A DNA stretch of 64,000 nucleotides from a virus (taxonomy: Duplodnaviria; Caudoviricetes): positions 113,420 through 177,419 of IMG/VR virus record IMGVR_UViG_3300020399_000132. One strand, 5' to 3'. Both the position numbers and the translations under genes were made by a program. Positions 7,385 to 18,189 of the stretch are shown here, one piece after another (positions within the stretch are counted from its first letter, which is position 1; the number at the start of each line of letters is the position of its first letter). The notes beneath the pieces are model-generated. The model was given only the letters and a program-made list of their open reading frames with translations, had not been told where the DNA came from and ran no database searches.

Positions 7385-7828
7385 TCAATTATAAACTATA
7401 TCTTCTTCCTCTTCCGATTTTTCAATTGGTTTTATATTTTTCCTTTGTATTTCCGCATGGTACTTCATATGTGCTTCGATAAGTTTATCTTCGTTAAAAG
7501 GCTTATCAGATTGTATCTGCTGAGCTATTTCAATTGCATCATCTGGAGAATCAAACCATTCACTTTTCCACGTTCCTTTAGCTACAATTGTTCTAGGGTT
7601 TGTATATACAATTCCAGATTCTTCAGGTGTCCACCAAAGATGTAACATTCCAATAAATCCTATTTCCGGTGGAGCTTCAAATCCTTGTAAAATATGTCTT
7701 ATGCCCATGCTTTGAAGAAATGGAAACTCTGTTGAATTATAAAACTTATAACGAAATTGAGTTTCCATAGCATGTCTCAAATCTTTTCGCATCTTCTCTC
7801 TATTGTTCATTTCGTCAGAGCTACTCAT
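7385..7828 (-). CDS. hypothetical protein
   Basis: ORF track 7385..7855; likely start MSSSDE at 7828 overlapping upstream stop. Confidence 0.6.
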   Translation of the reverse strand: MSSSDEMNNREKMRKDLRHAMETQFRYKFYNSTEFPFLQSMGIRHILQGFEAPPEIGFIGMLHLWWTPEESGIVYTNPRTIVAKGTWKSEWFDSPDDAIEIAQQIQSDKPFNEDKLIEAHMKYHAEIQRKNIKPIEKSEEEEDIVYN

Positions 7829-8615
7829 ATATAAACTCCGATATTTCTTCTCCATCTTTTATATGATATAGATCTTCATGAAACTCTTCTGAGAATTTTG
7901 TATTATAAAAGAAATTAGAAATAATATTATACAAAACTATATGATTTGGATATGATAAATGATTCTTACGTTTACTTTCAATTTCACTGCGAATAATTCC
8001 ATCATGAAATTCATTACCGCATACTTCACGTAATTGGGTATCTACGATTTTAAAGTTTGAGTCATTAAGAGTCGACCAATCATACGGCACGTCTTTAAAT
8101 ACATTCTTTTCCGTTGTTAATACTAACGTTTTCATATTGAGATGTTTTAAAAACAAACATGTATAAAACGCCCACATTTTAATCTCAGGTTTAAAGGTAT
8201 CATATGCGCCTATAACTTTTTCCATATTATTATAGACACTACCTCCAATTTCATAGCCCTCGCCAGCTTCACCCTTTCTACAAAAATCATCTATATTTTC
8301 TCCAGATTTATATGCCCTATACATATCGTCTGCGGCTCCAGCATGTGTTGGTTTGTCAAGAAAAGGAAAAGGTATCCGGGTTCTATCTGTTAATAGAAAT
8401 ATAACTTTATCACCCCGTAAATAACCCTGCCTTGGTAATTTTTCTTGTAATATGCGCAATGACTCATATGTACTTCGACCGCCATTTGAATTAACATCAA
8501 TGGCTTCATGTTTTTTTAATTGATTTTGCCAGCACAGATCGCCGTTATCAAAATCCCAGTTATAGTCTGGTTCTTCATTATAATCACAATAACTATCACC
8601 GTATATTAAATACAT
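7821..8615 (-). CDS. SGNH/GDSL-like hydrolase/acyltransferase, paralogue 4
   Basis: IYGDSY block I, NGGRS block II, C-terminal NHLS; ends EFIYE. Confidence 0.65.
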   Translation of the reverse strand: MYLIYGDSYCDYNEEPDYNWDFDNGDLCWQNQLKKHEAIDVNSNGGRSTYESLRILQEKLPRQGYLRGDKVIFLLTDRTRIPFPFLDKPTHAGAADDMYRAYKSGENIDDFCRKGEAGEGYEIGGSVYNNMEKVIGAYDTFKPEIKMWAFYTCLFLKHLNMKTLVLTTEKNVFKDVPYDWSTLNDSNFKIVDTQLREVCGNEFHDGIIRSEIESKRKNHLSYPNHIVLYNIISNFFYNTKFSEEFHEDLYHIKDGEEISEFIYE

Positions 8616-9717
8616 ACTTATCCTGATCTTTATTAAATATTTCTAAAACCTCGGTGTCGCTTTTAGTTAAGCCTTCTTCGCGAAACATATCAACCATATC
8701 TATGTGTTGTAATTTGTCTAAAGCCTTATAATTATATTCCCTCTTCTCAGAAAGATTCTTACACTTATCTATTAATTCTGACGTAGGTATTTTTAAGATT
8801 TCTTTTATTTGAGTTATAACTGAATTCAATCTTTCCTTGTAAGGTTTATCATCGAATGAATAGTCAAATAATTCATCATATAATTTAAAACCCATATTCT
8901 TAAGAGCTTGATGGATATATCTTGGACCTAAAATAATGAATGGTTTCTTATATAACATAGGTTTATATGCTTTTTCTGTTAATACAGTACCAGCTGAGAT
9001 ACAATAAGCTTCCGTCACGAGATCAATACAACTTTCAATATATTCTAAGGGTACGCTTTCTTCCCGTGATTGCTGTTTCAGTTCCCATTCCTCTAATAAA
9101 TCTTCTCGAGTTCGTTCCTTTAAAGGTTTTTTATTTTTATCTGTCTCGTTTAACTCTGTTAATTCATTTAATAATTCTACTTCACCATCATCTTTAAAAA
9201 ACGAATTAATTTGATCTTCATCTTCAAACGGATAGTATGAATATATAAACCTCTCCTCGCCCTGTAAAGCTCTCAGTAAATCTATTCTGTGAGGTTTTCG
9301 AGTACAATTTAATGATACTACATTATATTTTAAATCTAAATCTAATTCATAAGAACGATTCCTATCTCGCGTATTTCTTAAAAACTGTGGTATACATACT
9401 TCGGGATAGATTATAGGCTTTAAATTACTATCTACTTCGAATCGTTCTATGTTAGAATGTATATTAAAATCACCTGTAATATAATATACGTTTTTGCCTT
9501 TAAAATCTAAAGTTAAAAGATTATATAAAACATAGTCAGTATATTGATATCTATCATCTGATGTTTTTAATGGACTAAACCTATCTGTCTCTCCATCAAA
9601 AAATATCATATTATCATCTAATAACTCATCTAATAGTGCTTGATTTACTTGATGGTTATTACTTTGTCGTATTCCTAAAATAAAAGATGTTCTGTCTCCA
9701 GGAACATAGAATCTCAT
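8596..9717 (-). CDS. glycosyltransferase-like protein (GT10/GT-B-like C-terminal domain), paralogue 4
   Basis: SLNCTRKPHR...DLVTE...LTEKAYKPMLYKKPFIILG...GFKLYDELFDYSFD; likely start MRFYVP at 9717. Confidence 0.6.
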   Translation of the reverse strand: MRFYVPGDRTSFILGIRQSNNHQVNQALLDELLDDNMIFFDGETDRFSPLKTSDDRYQYTDYVLYNLLTLDFKGKNVYYITGDFNIHSNIERFEVDSNLKPIIYPEVCIPQFLRNTRDRNRSYELDLDLKYNVVSLNCTRKPHRIDLLRALQGEERFIYSYYPFEDEDQINSFFKDDGEVELLNELTELNETDKNKKPLKERTREDLLEEWELKQQSREESVPLEYIESCIDLVTEAYCISAGTVLTEKAYKPMLYKKPFIILGPRYIHQALKNMGFKLYDELFDYSFDDKPYKERLNSVITQIKEILKIPTSELIDKCKNLSEKREYNYKALDKLQHIDMVDMFREEGLTKSDTEVLEIFNKDQDKYVFNIR

Positions 9718-10250
9718 AGATAGAATCCAGATATTTGAAGAGTATATTTGTCTTTCAATCCACAATTACCACTTAAATGTAAATGGCTTGGATCCCATAG
9801 ATATCCTTCAGCCGCACTCCAATGGGTGCTTGATTGCCAATCATGATTTTCATCTTGATAATGCATCAGGTGTCCTGGTTCCCAATCTTGCAAATATATA
9901 TTTGCTCTTACTTTGGGTCTAGTATCATTTGGATATTCATTTTTAAATTTAAAAAATGTATCTCTATGTAGAGTAACAGTATTACCTGGTGGCTGAAGTA
10001 TTGTGCTAACTGTAATTACCTCCATCTTTAATTGTTCACCCAATACTTTATAATCTACATCTCCATCATTAAACCATAATTGTTGTATTCTTGTATTATC
10101 TTCGGTATAGGTTTCAGGAAAACCTCCTGCTATTTCATGTAAATCTTTTTGTTCTGCAGTTTGATAGCTGATACAACTACCACGATGTTGGTTATAATCT
10201 GCATCTAAAAATACACTCAAATCATAATCTAATTTAATATCTTCAATCAT
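9714..10250 (-). CDS. cupin/2OG-Fe(II)-type oxygenase (Asp/Pro hydroxylase-like)
   Basis: QPPGNTVTLHRDT (HxD), HLHLSGNCG, TLQISG. Confidence 0.65.
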   Translation of the reverse strand: MIEDIKLDYDLSVFLDADYNQHRGSCISYQTAEQKDLHEIAGGFPETYTEDNTRIQQLWFNDGDVDYKVLGEQLKMEVITVSTILQPPGNTVTLHRDTFFKFKNEYPNDTRPKVRANIYLQDWEPGHLMHYQDENHDWQSSTHWSAAEGYLWDPSHLHLSGNCGLKDKYTLQISGFYL

Positions 10251-11512
10251 GTTATACCTTTCTCTTTATCTATTTGCTTTGTGATCTTAAACACATCGGT
10301 ATATTCTCTACACTCTAATAATTGTTTTTTATTATAATATATTTTGTCCTGAATATCTAGTATTTTTTTATCAAATTCACTTTTATCCATATTTAAAATG
10401 TCTTTCATTTGAGTCATGATTGCTTCATGCCTGTATCTAAATGATTCTATTTCATCAAAACTGTAATCAAATAATTCATCATATAATTTAAACCCTAATT
10501 GTTCAAATATCTTATACCATCCAGTGCACCCAACAACGAGAAATGGCTTACAATGAACCAATGCTTTACATGTCTTATCACTCAAACCAAATGCTCTTAT
10601 ATGATATGTTTCAATAATTAAATCTATCTCCGACTCTAACCACTCCTGCACTGGTAAGAAATCATGATATGCATCTGTGTCGTCTTCAAAACCTTGTGTA
10701 AAAGGCGTTTTAAAATGGATTCGTTTAGTTTGATCAAACCTTTCATTACTCATATTAAATCCACATGATAGATCAACATACTTTGTCTCATCACTTCTAT
10801 TATTAAATTCTATAGCGTCTCCATTCTTTACCCACTTCCAAGAGCTCTTAGGATGCATTCTTTCTACGAATGATGTAAAGAACTCATCAGTTTCGGAGCC
10901 GTCTCTTCCTATGCTATTAACTTCTGTGCAGTTGAATGAATATATGAATCCAGGTATACCTGCTAATTCTCTAAGTGTTAATACTCTAGATATCTTCGGT
11001 TGATTAACCATGCTAATCACCCGATATTTTACAGGGATACCCATATCTTCTACAGGTTGATACAACTCATAAAATTTTCGTAATCTGGAGGCACAGATAT
11101 CTCTAGCACTTGATGGTACTAGAGGATACATAGTAATTCTCATTTTAGGCTTAACTAATTCACACCAATCATTATAGATATGTTCCGCATTTGCATCGCC
11201 ATTAAGATACCATATTTTATTATCGGGATGAGAATAATTATGAATTATCTCTAATACATTATCATACTGATCACCTAATAACGGATGGTATCCTCCTGAT
11301 TCATTAGCATTCCATATCATTATATTTTTATCTGTCTTCTCCTTTAACCTTTCAAGAGAATAATTCCAATGATCAAATCCAGGCGGCTTTGGGACGTCCG
11401 GTGGTGTTAAAAATTCTTCTTTTGATTCGTATGCGCGGCCGTGACTAATGTATAGCCAATTCCCTGATTCGTTTTGCATTGTACTCCAATTTAGGTTGTA
11501 ATCTCTTTTCAA
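10247..11512 (-). CDS. glycosyltransferase-like protein, paralogue 3
   Basis: IDLIIET...LSDKTCKALVHCKPFLVVG...GFKLYDELFDYSFD. Confidence 0.6.
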   Translation of the reverse strand: MKRDYNLNWSTMQNESGNWLYISHGRAYESKEEFLTPPDVPKPPGFDHWNYSLERLKEKTDKNIMIWNANESGGYHPLLGDQYDNVLEIIHNYSHPDNKIWYLNGDANAEHIYNDWCELVKPKMRITMYPLVPSSARDICASRLRKFYELYQPVEDMGIPVKYRVISMVNQPKISRVLTLRELAGIPGFIYSFNCTEVNSIGRDGSETDEFFTSFVERMHPKSSWKWVKNGDAIEFNNRSDETKYVDLSCGFNMSNERFDQTKRIHFKTPFTQGFEDDTDAYHDFLPVQEWLESEIDLIIETYHIRAFGLSDKTCKALVHCKPFLVVGCTGWYKIFEQLGFKLYDELFDYSFDEIESFRYRHEAIMTQMKDILNMDKSEFDKKILDIQDKIYYNKKQLLECREYTDVFKITKQIDKEKGIT

Positions 11513-12518
11513 TTTTTTTTATTTCTTCTTTATCCATATCTAATATCTTATCACATTGTCTCATTATATTTTTCCATCTATCTTCAAATAAGGGGTTAGA
11601 ATCAAAACTGTAATCAAATAATTCATCATATAATTTAAATCCCATTCTTTCAAACTCTCTATACCAATTAGGTCCTCCTATAGTTAAGAATATCTTTTTC
11701 CAGTATAGCGGCTTGCATGATTTATCTGATAGGTAATTTGCTACACATACTTTATTTTCTTGAACTAAATCTATATACGATTGCCACCATTCTTTAGGAG
11801 GAAATATGTCGTGTTGACATGAAGTGCCTATTGCTTCTCGAGGACATTCTTCAGTTAATAATACTCTCTCTCGTGCATTAAAATTTCTAAAACTCAAATC
11901 ACATGGCGCCGGATAATCCGCAGGATATATCATATCTAATGTTTCAATACTATTGCCGTCGTGCCAGTCCCATTTCTTACCTAACCAGGCTTCCGTAGTA
12001 TTTTTCCAATTCTCTCCAATCGCTTCTTCATCGTTTAATAAATGAGTGGGGGTGACTCTGTAAGAATACTTAAACCAAGAATTACCTGTTAAACGTCCTA
12101 GAGTAAGTAATCGAAATATTCTGGGATTATTAACTAATGTAACAATCTTATAGAGCCGTTTATGGGTAGGTGCTTGATACTCACTCCACAAGGAATTCAT
12201 CGTATTCACATACTTTGATATCATAAACCTCCAATTTGGGTTTACTTTTATCTTAAATTCCGGTTTAACTATTTGACACCATCTATCATAATTTTGTTGT
12301 AATAAACTATCGTGATTGGAAAACGTCACATTATTGTCAGGATGTGCAAAATCATGAATAACCTGTAATAATTTGTCGTCTTCTCGCCCATGCAACGGAT
12401 AATAGCCCTGTGCTTCCCACTCGTCTTTAATAACTATAGGTTCATCAATTGGATTAGATATAATTTCTAATTCTGGATACTCTGTTTTTCCTATAGTGGA
12501 CTCTACTTTTATAATCAT
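11445..12518 (-). CDS. glycosyltransferase-like protein, paralogue 2
   Basis: IDLVQE...LSDKSCKPLYWKKIFLTIG...GFKLYDELFDYSFD. Confidence 0.6.
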   Translation of the reverse strand: MIIKVESTIGKTEYPELEIISNPIDEPIVIKDEWEAQGYYPLHGREDDKLLQVIHDFAHPDNNVTFSNHDSLLQQNYDRWCQIVKPEFKIKVNPNWRFMISKYVNTMNSLWSEYQAPTHKRLYKIVTLVNNPRIFRLLTLGRLTGNSWFKYSYRVTPTHLLNDEEAIGENWKNTTEAWLGKKWDWHDGNSIETLDMIYPADYPAPCDLSFRNFNARERVLLTEECPREAIGTSCQHDIFPPKEWWQSYIDLVQENKVCVANYLSDKSCKPLYWKKIFLTIGGPNWYREFERMGFKLYDELFDYSFDSNPLFEDRWKNIMRQCDKILDMDKEEIKKIEKRLQPKLEYNAKRIRELAIH

Positions 12519-13168
12519 AATCCTTTTTCATAATCAATGATATAGCTTTTTATGCTAGGCCTCACATATCGATGATTTATAAATGTTTTCTTTATTATCT
12601 CTTTATTAATTTTGTTTTCATCGTTGACAACAAATTGTATAATTGGAAACTCTGGAAAGGTATCAGCCATAAAAGATTCAGGAATCTTTATTTGTAAATC
12701 AGCAGAAGTAGTTTCAGGAACTCTGGGAGGATAAACGGAAATCACTTCTAAAATTATTCTATCTATTAAGAGATCTTTTACATTATTTAAAAACTCTTTA
12801 AATTCGTGATATTCATCAGACTCAAATAGATGATAAAAGTCTCCATTATTTACATGTATAGTTCTATATTCTCTGTATATATTCCATTCTATAGATGTAT
12901 TAGATCTATCAAAATCAACTGTTAGACATTTTTTTAATATATTAACATAATCATGATTCCTAAAACATCCTTCAAATAGCTTTACATCTACAAAACGAGT
13001 TTGTTCATAATCAATTTCATCAATATTTACTGAGGGTGTTATACTATCATCGTCATAATCTGAACATGAACGATATAATTCTCTGCCAAATACTAAATTA
13101 TCTAGATGCAGCATATTTTGTCTATACAAAAAACCTCTCTGTTCTCCTACCCCACCACATACATTCAC
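12515..13168 (-). CDS. hypothetical protein within biosynthetic cluster
   Basis: 217-aa ORF; true start possibly the internal MLHLDN. Confidence 0.6.
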   Translation of the reverse strand: MNVCGGVGEQRGFLYRQNMLHLDNLVFGRELYRSCSDYDDDSITPSVNIDEIDYEQTRFVDVKLFEGCFRNHDYVNILKKCLTVDFDRSNTSIEWNIYREYRTIHVNNGDFYHLFESDEYHEFKEFLNNVKDLLIDRIILEVISVYPPRVPETTSADLQIKIPESFMADTFPEFPIIQFVVNDENKINKEIIKKTFINHRYVRPSIKSYIIDYEKGL

Positions 13169-14930
13169 GAGCCCACTTTTCTAAATTACCATTATATACT
13201 TCGTAAGGGTCTTTCATCTTATTATACTGAGTATCAACTATTGAATGATTAAACCCATACTCATCTTTTAAATAATCTCCTATTTCTCCATAGAAACGGT
13301 CTTTTTCTTTAGCAATATGTATAGCAGTTGCTTCTTCATATTCCCAATATATATTAGAGGCTCCCGGAACTTTACGCCCCCATGGAATCTCTCTATCAAA
13401 TACCTTCTTTAATAGTCTCATTGTTACTGTATATTCTCTATATAGTAATGACTTATCGTTTTCATTAAACCACTCGAATAATCCATTATAAAACTCTCTC
13501 ATTGATATATTATGATTATTCTTTAATTCTAATGCTAATATTCTAAGCCATCCTAAAAAATGTAGAGATATCATAAACCACTTCCATCCAGAGGCATCTA
13601 AGTATTCATCAAACGTCATATTACTAGAACCGACTACTACAGAATTAGTGTCTTTTAATAATTGGTCTGGAGGATGTTCATGGTGAAAAAATGCAGGTGA
13701 TGTTTGTTTTATTAGTACATTATATTTTCTGCAATATTCAGGATCCCCAAATGGGGTTTGGGGAAGAGCCACCATTATATATATGCCGATGTAATTGTGA
13801 TAATCTATATCATCAATCAATCTAAAGAGACCTTCTTTAAAGCTATGTAGTGATTCCTCTGGTAGTCCAAGAATAGTTTCTATGTAACATGGTACTCCTC
13901 TACTTTTTAAATAATCTATCACCTCTTTTAGATTAGTATTCTCATTAGATCTTTCAATCGCTTTTAATGTATCATCATTCATCGATTGTAGAGCGATTGT
14001 AACACTTTTATTAAGGCCTACCTTCCATAAGTCTTCTGCTATATCAAATAGCCATGCCTTCTTATGCTTCGCCCATGTTATATTAAGTGTATCCGGATAT
14101 CCAGTAGATTTTTTAGTATCAATCAGTAAATCAGATATAATCTTATGATCTTTGAACATGCCAAAATTATTATCAATAAGGTGTAAGTACTCTATCTTTT
14201 TATCAGCTATCCAATCAATCTCTTTTATTAACTTATCATTGTCTTGTCTATGCACTTTGGTCCAGTGCCTATCACCTGTCTCACAAAAAGTACACATATA
14301 TGGACAGCCACGCGATAATTCTACTAAGCCCTCCCATTCATATGGATAATCTTTAATTTCCAGGAGATCATCAAATAACCCATCTAAATATGGGCTTGGT
14401 AGTGTTTTGATGTCTTTTATTCTCTCTCTGTCTCCTCCATTTTGAAATAACGGTGTTGTAATACCCTTGACCATACTGAGGTCTTGCTCGTGTAATAGCG
14501 CTTTAAGGATGTGTTTAAACCCTGTCTCACCTTCATTATGTACTGCCACATCAATGAATGGTTTATCTTTTAAGAACTTTTTACATCTGTTGGGATGTGG
14601 TAAATTTAGCCCGCCGTATATAATTAAACAATTAGGGTTTATCTTTTTTATTTCAGCACATAACCTATCACTCGCGTGCTCATTCCATACAAAATAAGAA
14701 GTAGCTATGATATCACATTCGGCCAACTTTCTAGCCGTAGCTGAATAATCAAAATCGCCATCAAGTACATACACCCAGTCATTAACATCAAAAGAATAAT
14801 TATCAGTAATCTCTTTATCAGTCCTGCAATAACTCCAAATACAACCTGTTGAGTATGGCAACTTAATCTGGTTGGAAAATATATGTGTTAATTCAACAAA
14901 CGCGATGCGCTTAGAAGTCGTATTGTTCAT
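13122..14930 (-). CDS. B12-binding-domain radical SAM enzyme (class B methyltransferase-like)
   Basis: N-terminal cobalamin-binding region (LPYSTG...SYFVWN...IIYGG...NEGE), SRGCPYMCTFC CxxxCxxC, ILGLPEES. Confidence 0.9.
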   Translation of the reverse strand: MNNTTSKRIAFVELTHIFSNQIKLPYSTGCIWSYCRTDKEITDNYSFDVNDWVYVLDGDFDYSATARKLAECDIIATSYFVWNEHASDRLCAEIKKINPNCLIIYGGLNLPHPNRCKKFLKDKPFIDVAVHNEGETGFKHILKALLHEQDLSMVKGITTPLFQNGGDRERIKDIKTLPSPYLDGLFDDLLEIKDYPYEWEGLVELSRGCPYMCTFCETGDRHWTKVHRQDNDKLIKEIDWIADKKIEYLHLIDNNFGMFKDHKIISDLLIDTKKSTGYPDTLNITWAKHKKAWLFDIAEDLWKVGLNKSVTIALQSMNDDTLKAIERSNENTNLKEVIDYLKSRGVPCYIETILGLPEESLHSFKEGLFRLIDDIDYHNYIGIYIMVALPQTPFGDPEYCRKYNVLIKQTSPAFFHHEHPPDQLLKDTNSVVVGSSNMTFDEYLDASGWKWFMISLHFLGWLRILALELKNNHNISMREFYNGLFEWFNENDKSLLYREYTVTMRLLKKVFDREIPWGRKVPGASNIYWEYEEATAIHIAKEKDRFYGEIGDYLKDEYGFNHSIVDTQYNKMKDPYEVYNGNLEKWARECMWWGRRTERFFV

Positions 14931-15966
14931 TTTTACCTTCTCTATGTAAGTCCAATGTCACACAATGAAATCCACCCCCTAATGTTTTAGCATGTCTTAG
15001 GCGCATGGGGATTGAATCAATATTATATTTTTTTAATTCTTTTATTAGTGGCGTTTGACTTTCTTCTACAATAACTACTTTTTCATTAATACTTAAAATA
15101 TTTAGTCCTATTGCGGGTGATGCAATAGCAATGCTAGCGTCAGATGAACCACTGCTGCTTCTAATACCCTGATCTACTATATCTGTAAAGAATATCTTAT
15201 CCCATTTCTTAAATATTTCAGGATAATTATCTTCACTACATCTATGTCCGTTTAATAATACGAGACCTGGTCTTAACGGTATTACTGTGCTGTCAAAATG
15301 TGCTCCTGAATACTGATATGCTAGATGTACATTATATTCTGGAAACATTGATTGAAGCCATTTGCCTCCTTTTTCATTACCGCTATTACTCACCTGATAT
15401 AATAAATCTTTGCCCATTCTTACAACATTTGCGGCGTCAAAAAGAATTTCTTTATTCATTAATGTTGGTTTCGATAAGTCTTCAAAATTAAACGATGCAT
15501 CTAATAATTGAGGTCTAGGAGCTGAGAACCATTTACCGGAACATTGATTCAAAATACGTCTATAGGCGTGCATCTCAAAGTACCGACTACGCATTACATT
15601 GGGAGTTTCAATTAAACAATCATTTAGTACTAAAAATATATCACGCGGGCAATAATTATACCATCCTTGTGCTATCCATTCCGAAGACATTACTCTTCTT
15701 TTGTGATTTGTTTTATCTGGTCTATGAACTTTTATATCCAAACTTGTCAGAACCTTACAAAACAACCCTAAATCTTCATTGGTCTCTTCTATAACTTGTT
15801 TATCATACGATCCAACTAGAGATTTAATTTTATTATCACTCAAATTCGCATACATGAAATTCTTCATGGATAAATCAAACGAAGGTATCCGAGCACCGGT
15901 AGCATCTCCAACGATTACCTCTTTAAGAGGGTCCCATCCGTTACAGGATTGTATAATAGTTTCCAA
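14911..15966 (-). CDS. amidinotransferase (glycine/inosamine-phosphate amidinotransferase, StrB1-like)
   Basis: WDPLKEVIVG, NYCPRD, FDAANV, AHFDST (catalytic His), LGGGFHCVTLDL (catalytic Cys). Confidence 0.9.
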   Translation of the reverse strand: METIIQSCNGWDPLKEVIVGDATGARIPSFDLSMKNFMYANLSDNKIKSLVGSYDKQVIEETNEDLGLFCKVLTSLDIKVHRPDKTNHKRRVMSSEWIAQGWYNYCPRDIFLVLNDCLIETPNVMRSRYFEMHAYRRILNQCSGKWFSAPRPQLLDASFNFEDLSKPTLMNKEILFDAANVVRMGKDLLYQVSNSGNEKGGKWLQSMFPEYNVHLAYQYSGAHFDSTVIPLRPGLVLLNGHRCSEDNYPEIFKKWDKIFFTDIVDQGIRSSSGSSDASIAIASPAIGLNILSINEKVVIVEESQTPLIKELKKYNIDSIPMRLRHAKTLGGGFHCVTLDLHREGKNEQYDF

Positions 15967-16642
15967 TTTTAAATAATTCTTTTTGTGTTTGCCATTTGCC
16001 TCTCTTTCTTACTTTTACATCAGAAAGACTTTCATTATTATATTCACTCCAACCACATGCTTTGAAGTCCATAGAAACTCTAGTATTTTTAGATTTATTA
16101 TGCACGTAGCCACCATGCAACACTTGATCAAACACAACCATTTCTCCATGTTTAGGTGTTTGCATTACATCATCTACAAATATGCCGTTATCCTCATCCA
16201 TATCTGTTAAAGGAATTATAAAATTAGTTTCAAACTCTGGGTGATGAAAAGGAAAATCCATTTCATAATGTATATTAGCTTCTCTATCGTTTATTAGAGT
16301 TGTATCTTCATAAAATTTCCAATCATATCCTGATGGGAATATTTTAATTGATGGTAATTGTTGTATTACCGTATTCTCACCAAACCAAGATTTCACTACA
16401 TCTTTTTGAAACTCCCACCACATAAATCTAAACGCATAGGACTCATGCAATAATACTCTATAGAGTTTTTCAATCAATCCATATTGTGTATCTTCTTCTG
16501 GTAAATGTACTCCGCCTGCAGTATTATAAGTCACTGGTTTAATGTCATGATTCAAATGTATATCTTCAAGTCGACCTAAGCAGTCTTCAAACCATTTTCT
16601 AAAGTTATATTTCTCTATGTCATATTTGATTATCTCAATCAT
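15941..16642 (-). CDS. StrG-like Fe(II)/2OG dioxygenase-fold protein
   Basis: YDIEKYNF, QQLPSIKI, ETNFIIPLT, LHGG...NKSKNTRVSMDFK; likely start MIEIIKY at 16642. Confidence 0.6.
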   Translation of the reverse strand: MIEIIKYDIEKYNFRKWFEDCLGRLEDIHLNHDIKPVTYNTAGGVHLPEEDTQYGLIEKLYRVLLHESYAFRFMWWEFQKDVVKSWFGENTVIQQLPSIKIFPSGYDWKFYEDTTLINDREANIHYEMDFPFHHPEFETNFIIPLTDMDEDNGIFVDDVMQTPKHGEMVVFDQVLHGGYVHNKSKNTRVSMDFKACGWSEYNNESLSDVKVRKRGKWQTQKELFKIGNYYTIL

Positions 16643-17423
16643 ATACAAACTCGTCTTTATTATATGTGCCTTTATACACATTCTTTAAAAATTTAGGAAT
16701 TTCCTTACCGTCTACAAACCCAGCTATTTGTTTGTACATTACCTCATGATTGACATCTGTAAGGTGATTAACTCTAAAATGAAGATCATCGGATATTTTA
16801 TGAATTAACCTTTCTTCTTCTACATATTCATTCCAAACAACTCTCTCTAATCCTTCATCATGGACGTAAAAATATTCATCATTTAATGAATTTTTAATAT
16901 AAGATTCTTCCATACTTAAATGGTATATGAATATTTTACATTTTTGTATTCTTGAAGCTGTATATAATAATGATTCATATTTCCAATTACCATAGACAGT
17001 TTCATCGCGGAATGTATCTACAGCAAAGCGTGCCTTGTCTTTATTTATTTTTATCCATTTATCATATTCAGATTCTAATTCGATACCATCTCCTGCTTTG
17101 TCCGATGATTCTGAATCCGTAATATTTCTTACTATCCTACCATTCCATTGGTGTATTTCGTCGCCGGCTTCTTCAATGTTAAAATATATTCTAGGAGCTC
17201 CTGACACAACAAATACAATTAAATCCTCATGAGTATAACTATGAAGACTCTCATAAAATTTTTTAAATGAATACATCGGCCCTGAACCGGATTTACCATA
17301 ATTTACAGTTTCAGGCCACCTCTTTCTCAATAATCCATACCATGTAATTTCTTGCCACCTGGAGGGATCACTCCAACTAGGATCTGCAAAGCTATCTCCA
17401 TATATCGTTACTCTTTCAATCAT
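16635..17423 (-). CDS. SGNH/GDSL-like protein, paralogue 3
   Basis: IYGDSFADP, NYGKSGSG, NHLT; ends EFVYD. Confidence 0.65.
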   Translation of the reverse strand: MIERVTIYGDSFADPSWSDPSRWQEITWYGLLRKRWPETVNYGKSGSGPMYSFKKFYESLHSYTHEDLIVFVVSGAPRIYFNIEEAGDEIHQWNGRIVRNITDSESSDKAGDGIELESEYDKWIKINKDKARFAVDTFRDETVYGNWKYESLLYTASRIQKCKIFIYHLSMEESYIKNSLNDEYFYVHDEGLERVVWNEYVEEERLIHKISDDLHFRVNHLTDVNHEVMYKQIAGFVDGKEIPKFLKNVYKGTYNKDEFVYD

Positions 17424-18189
17424 ATATAAATCTGTCTGTTGGTTGAACTGGTTCTTCTAACAGATTTTGTTTAAATTCTGGTACCGTGTGAATACCTTGA
17501 ACAAAATTATTAATAATATTATACATTATTTTATGATTAGGTTCAGATAAATGGTTATTTCTTTTATTATCTTCATAAAAAGGTTCACCTGGATTTTTAT
17601 ATTCATTTCTAGATATATCTTGTAAAGCTATAGGATTTATATAAAATAATTTATCATTAAGGCTATCTTTTATATACGAATCATCATAGTTTAAAAAGAA
17701 TATACAAATTTTACATTTATGTATTCTGGATATTGTATAGAGAAATGATTCATTCTTTTTATTACTGTTTATCATCTCTCTTTCAAATGTCTTCATCGTA
17801 TAAGACATATGATCTTTATGAGATTGATGAAAAGATGAATCTAGGACATCATTGCATTTCATTTTTTGATTTTTAAAATCCCAATAAGATTCATGAACTA
17901 ACTGAATATCATTGCGTTCATAGGTTCTATACTCTTTGGGAAGATGATATTGAATTCTTTCTTCTCCAGATAAAATCCATATGACTAAATCTTCTTTATC
18001 AAATTGTTTATATCGTCTATAAAACTCTTTCATACTATAATGAGGCCCAGTACCAGCCATAGCGAAGTTTTTATACTCGTATTGCTTAGCTAACGTTTCA
18101 TACCAAGTCTCATGATCCGGCATATTTTCATGGTCCCAATTTGGATCTGCGTAGCTGTCACCAAATATCCATACTCTTTTAATCGTCAT
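17416..18189 (-). CDS. SGNH/GDSL-like protein, paralogue 2
   Basis: IFGDSYADP, NFAMAGTG, NHLS; ends RFIYD. Confidence 0.65.
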   Translation of the reverse strand: MTIKRVWIFGDSYADPNWDHENMPDHETWYETLAKQYEYKNFAMAGTGPHYSMKEFYRRYKQFDKEDLVIWILSGEERIQYHLPKEYRTYERNDIQLVHESYWDFKNQKMKCNDVLDSSFHQSHKDHMSYTMKTFEREMINSNKKNESFLYTISRIHKCKICIFFLNYDDSYIKDSLNDKLFYINPIALQDISRNEYKNPGEPFYEDNKRNNHLSEPNHKIMYNIINNFVQGIHTVPEFKQNLLEEPVQPTDRFIYD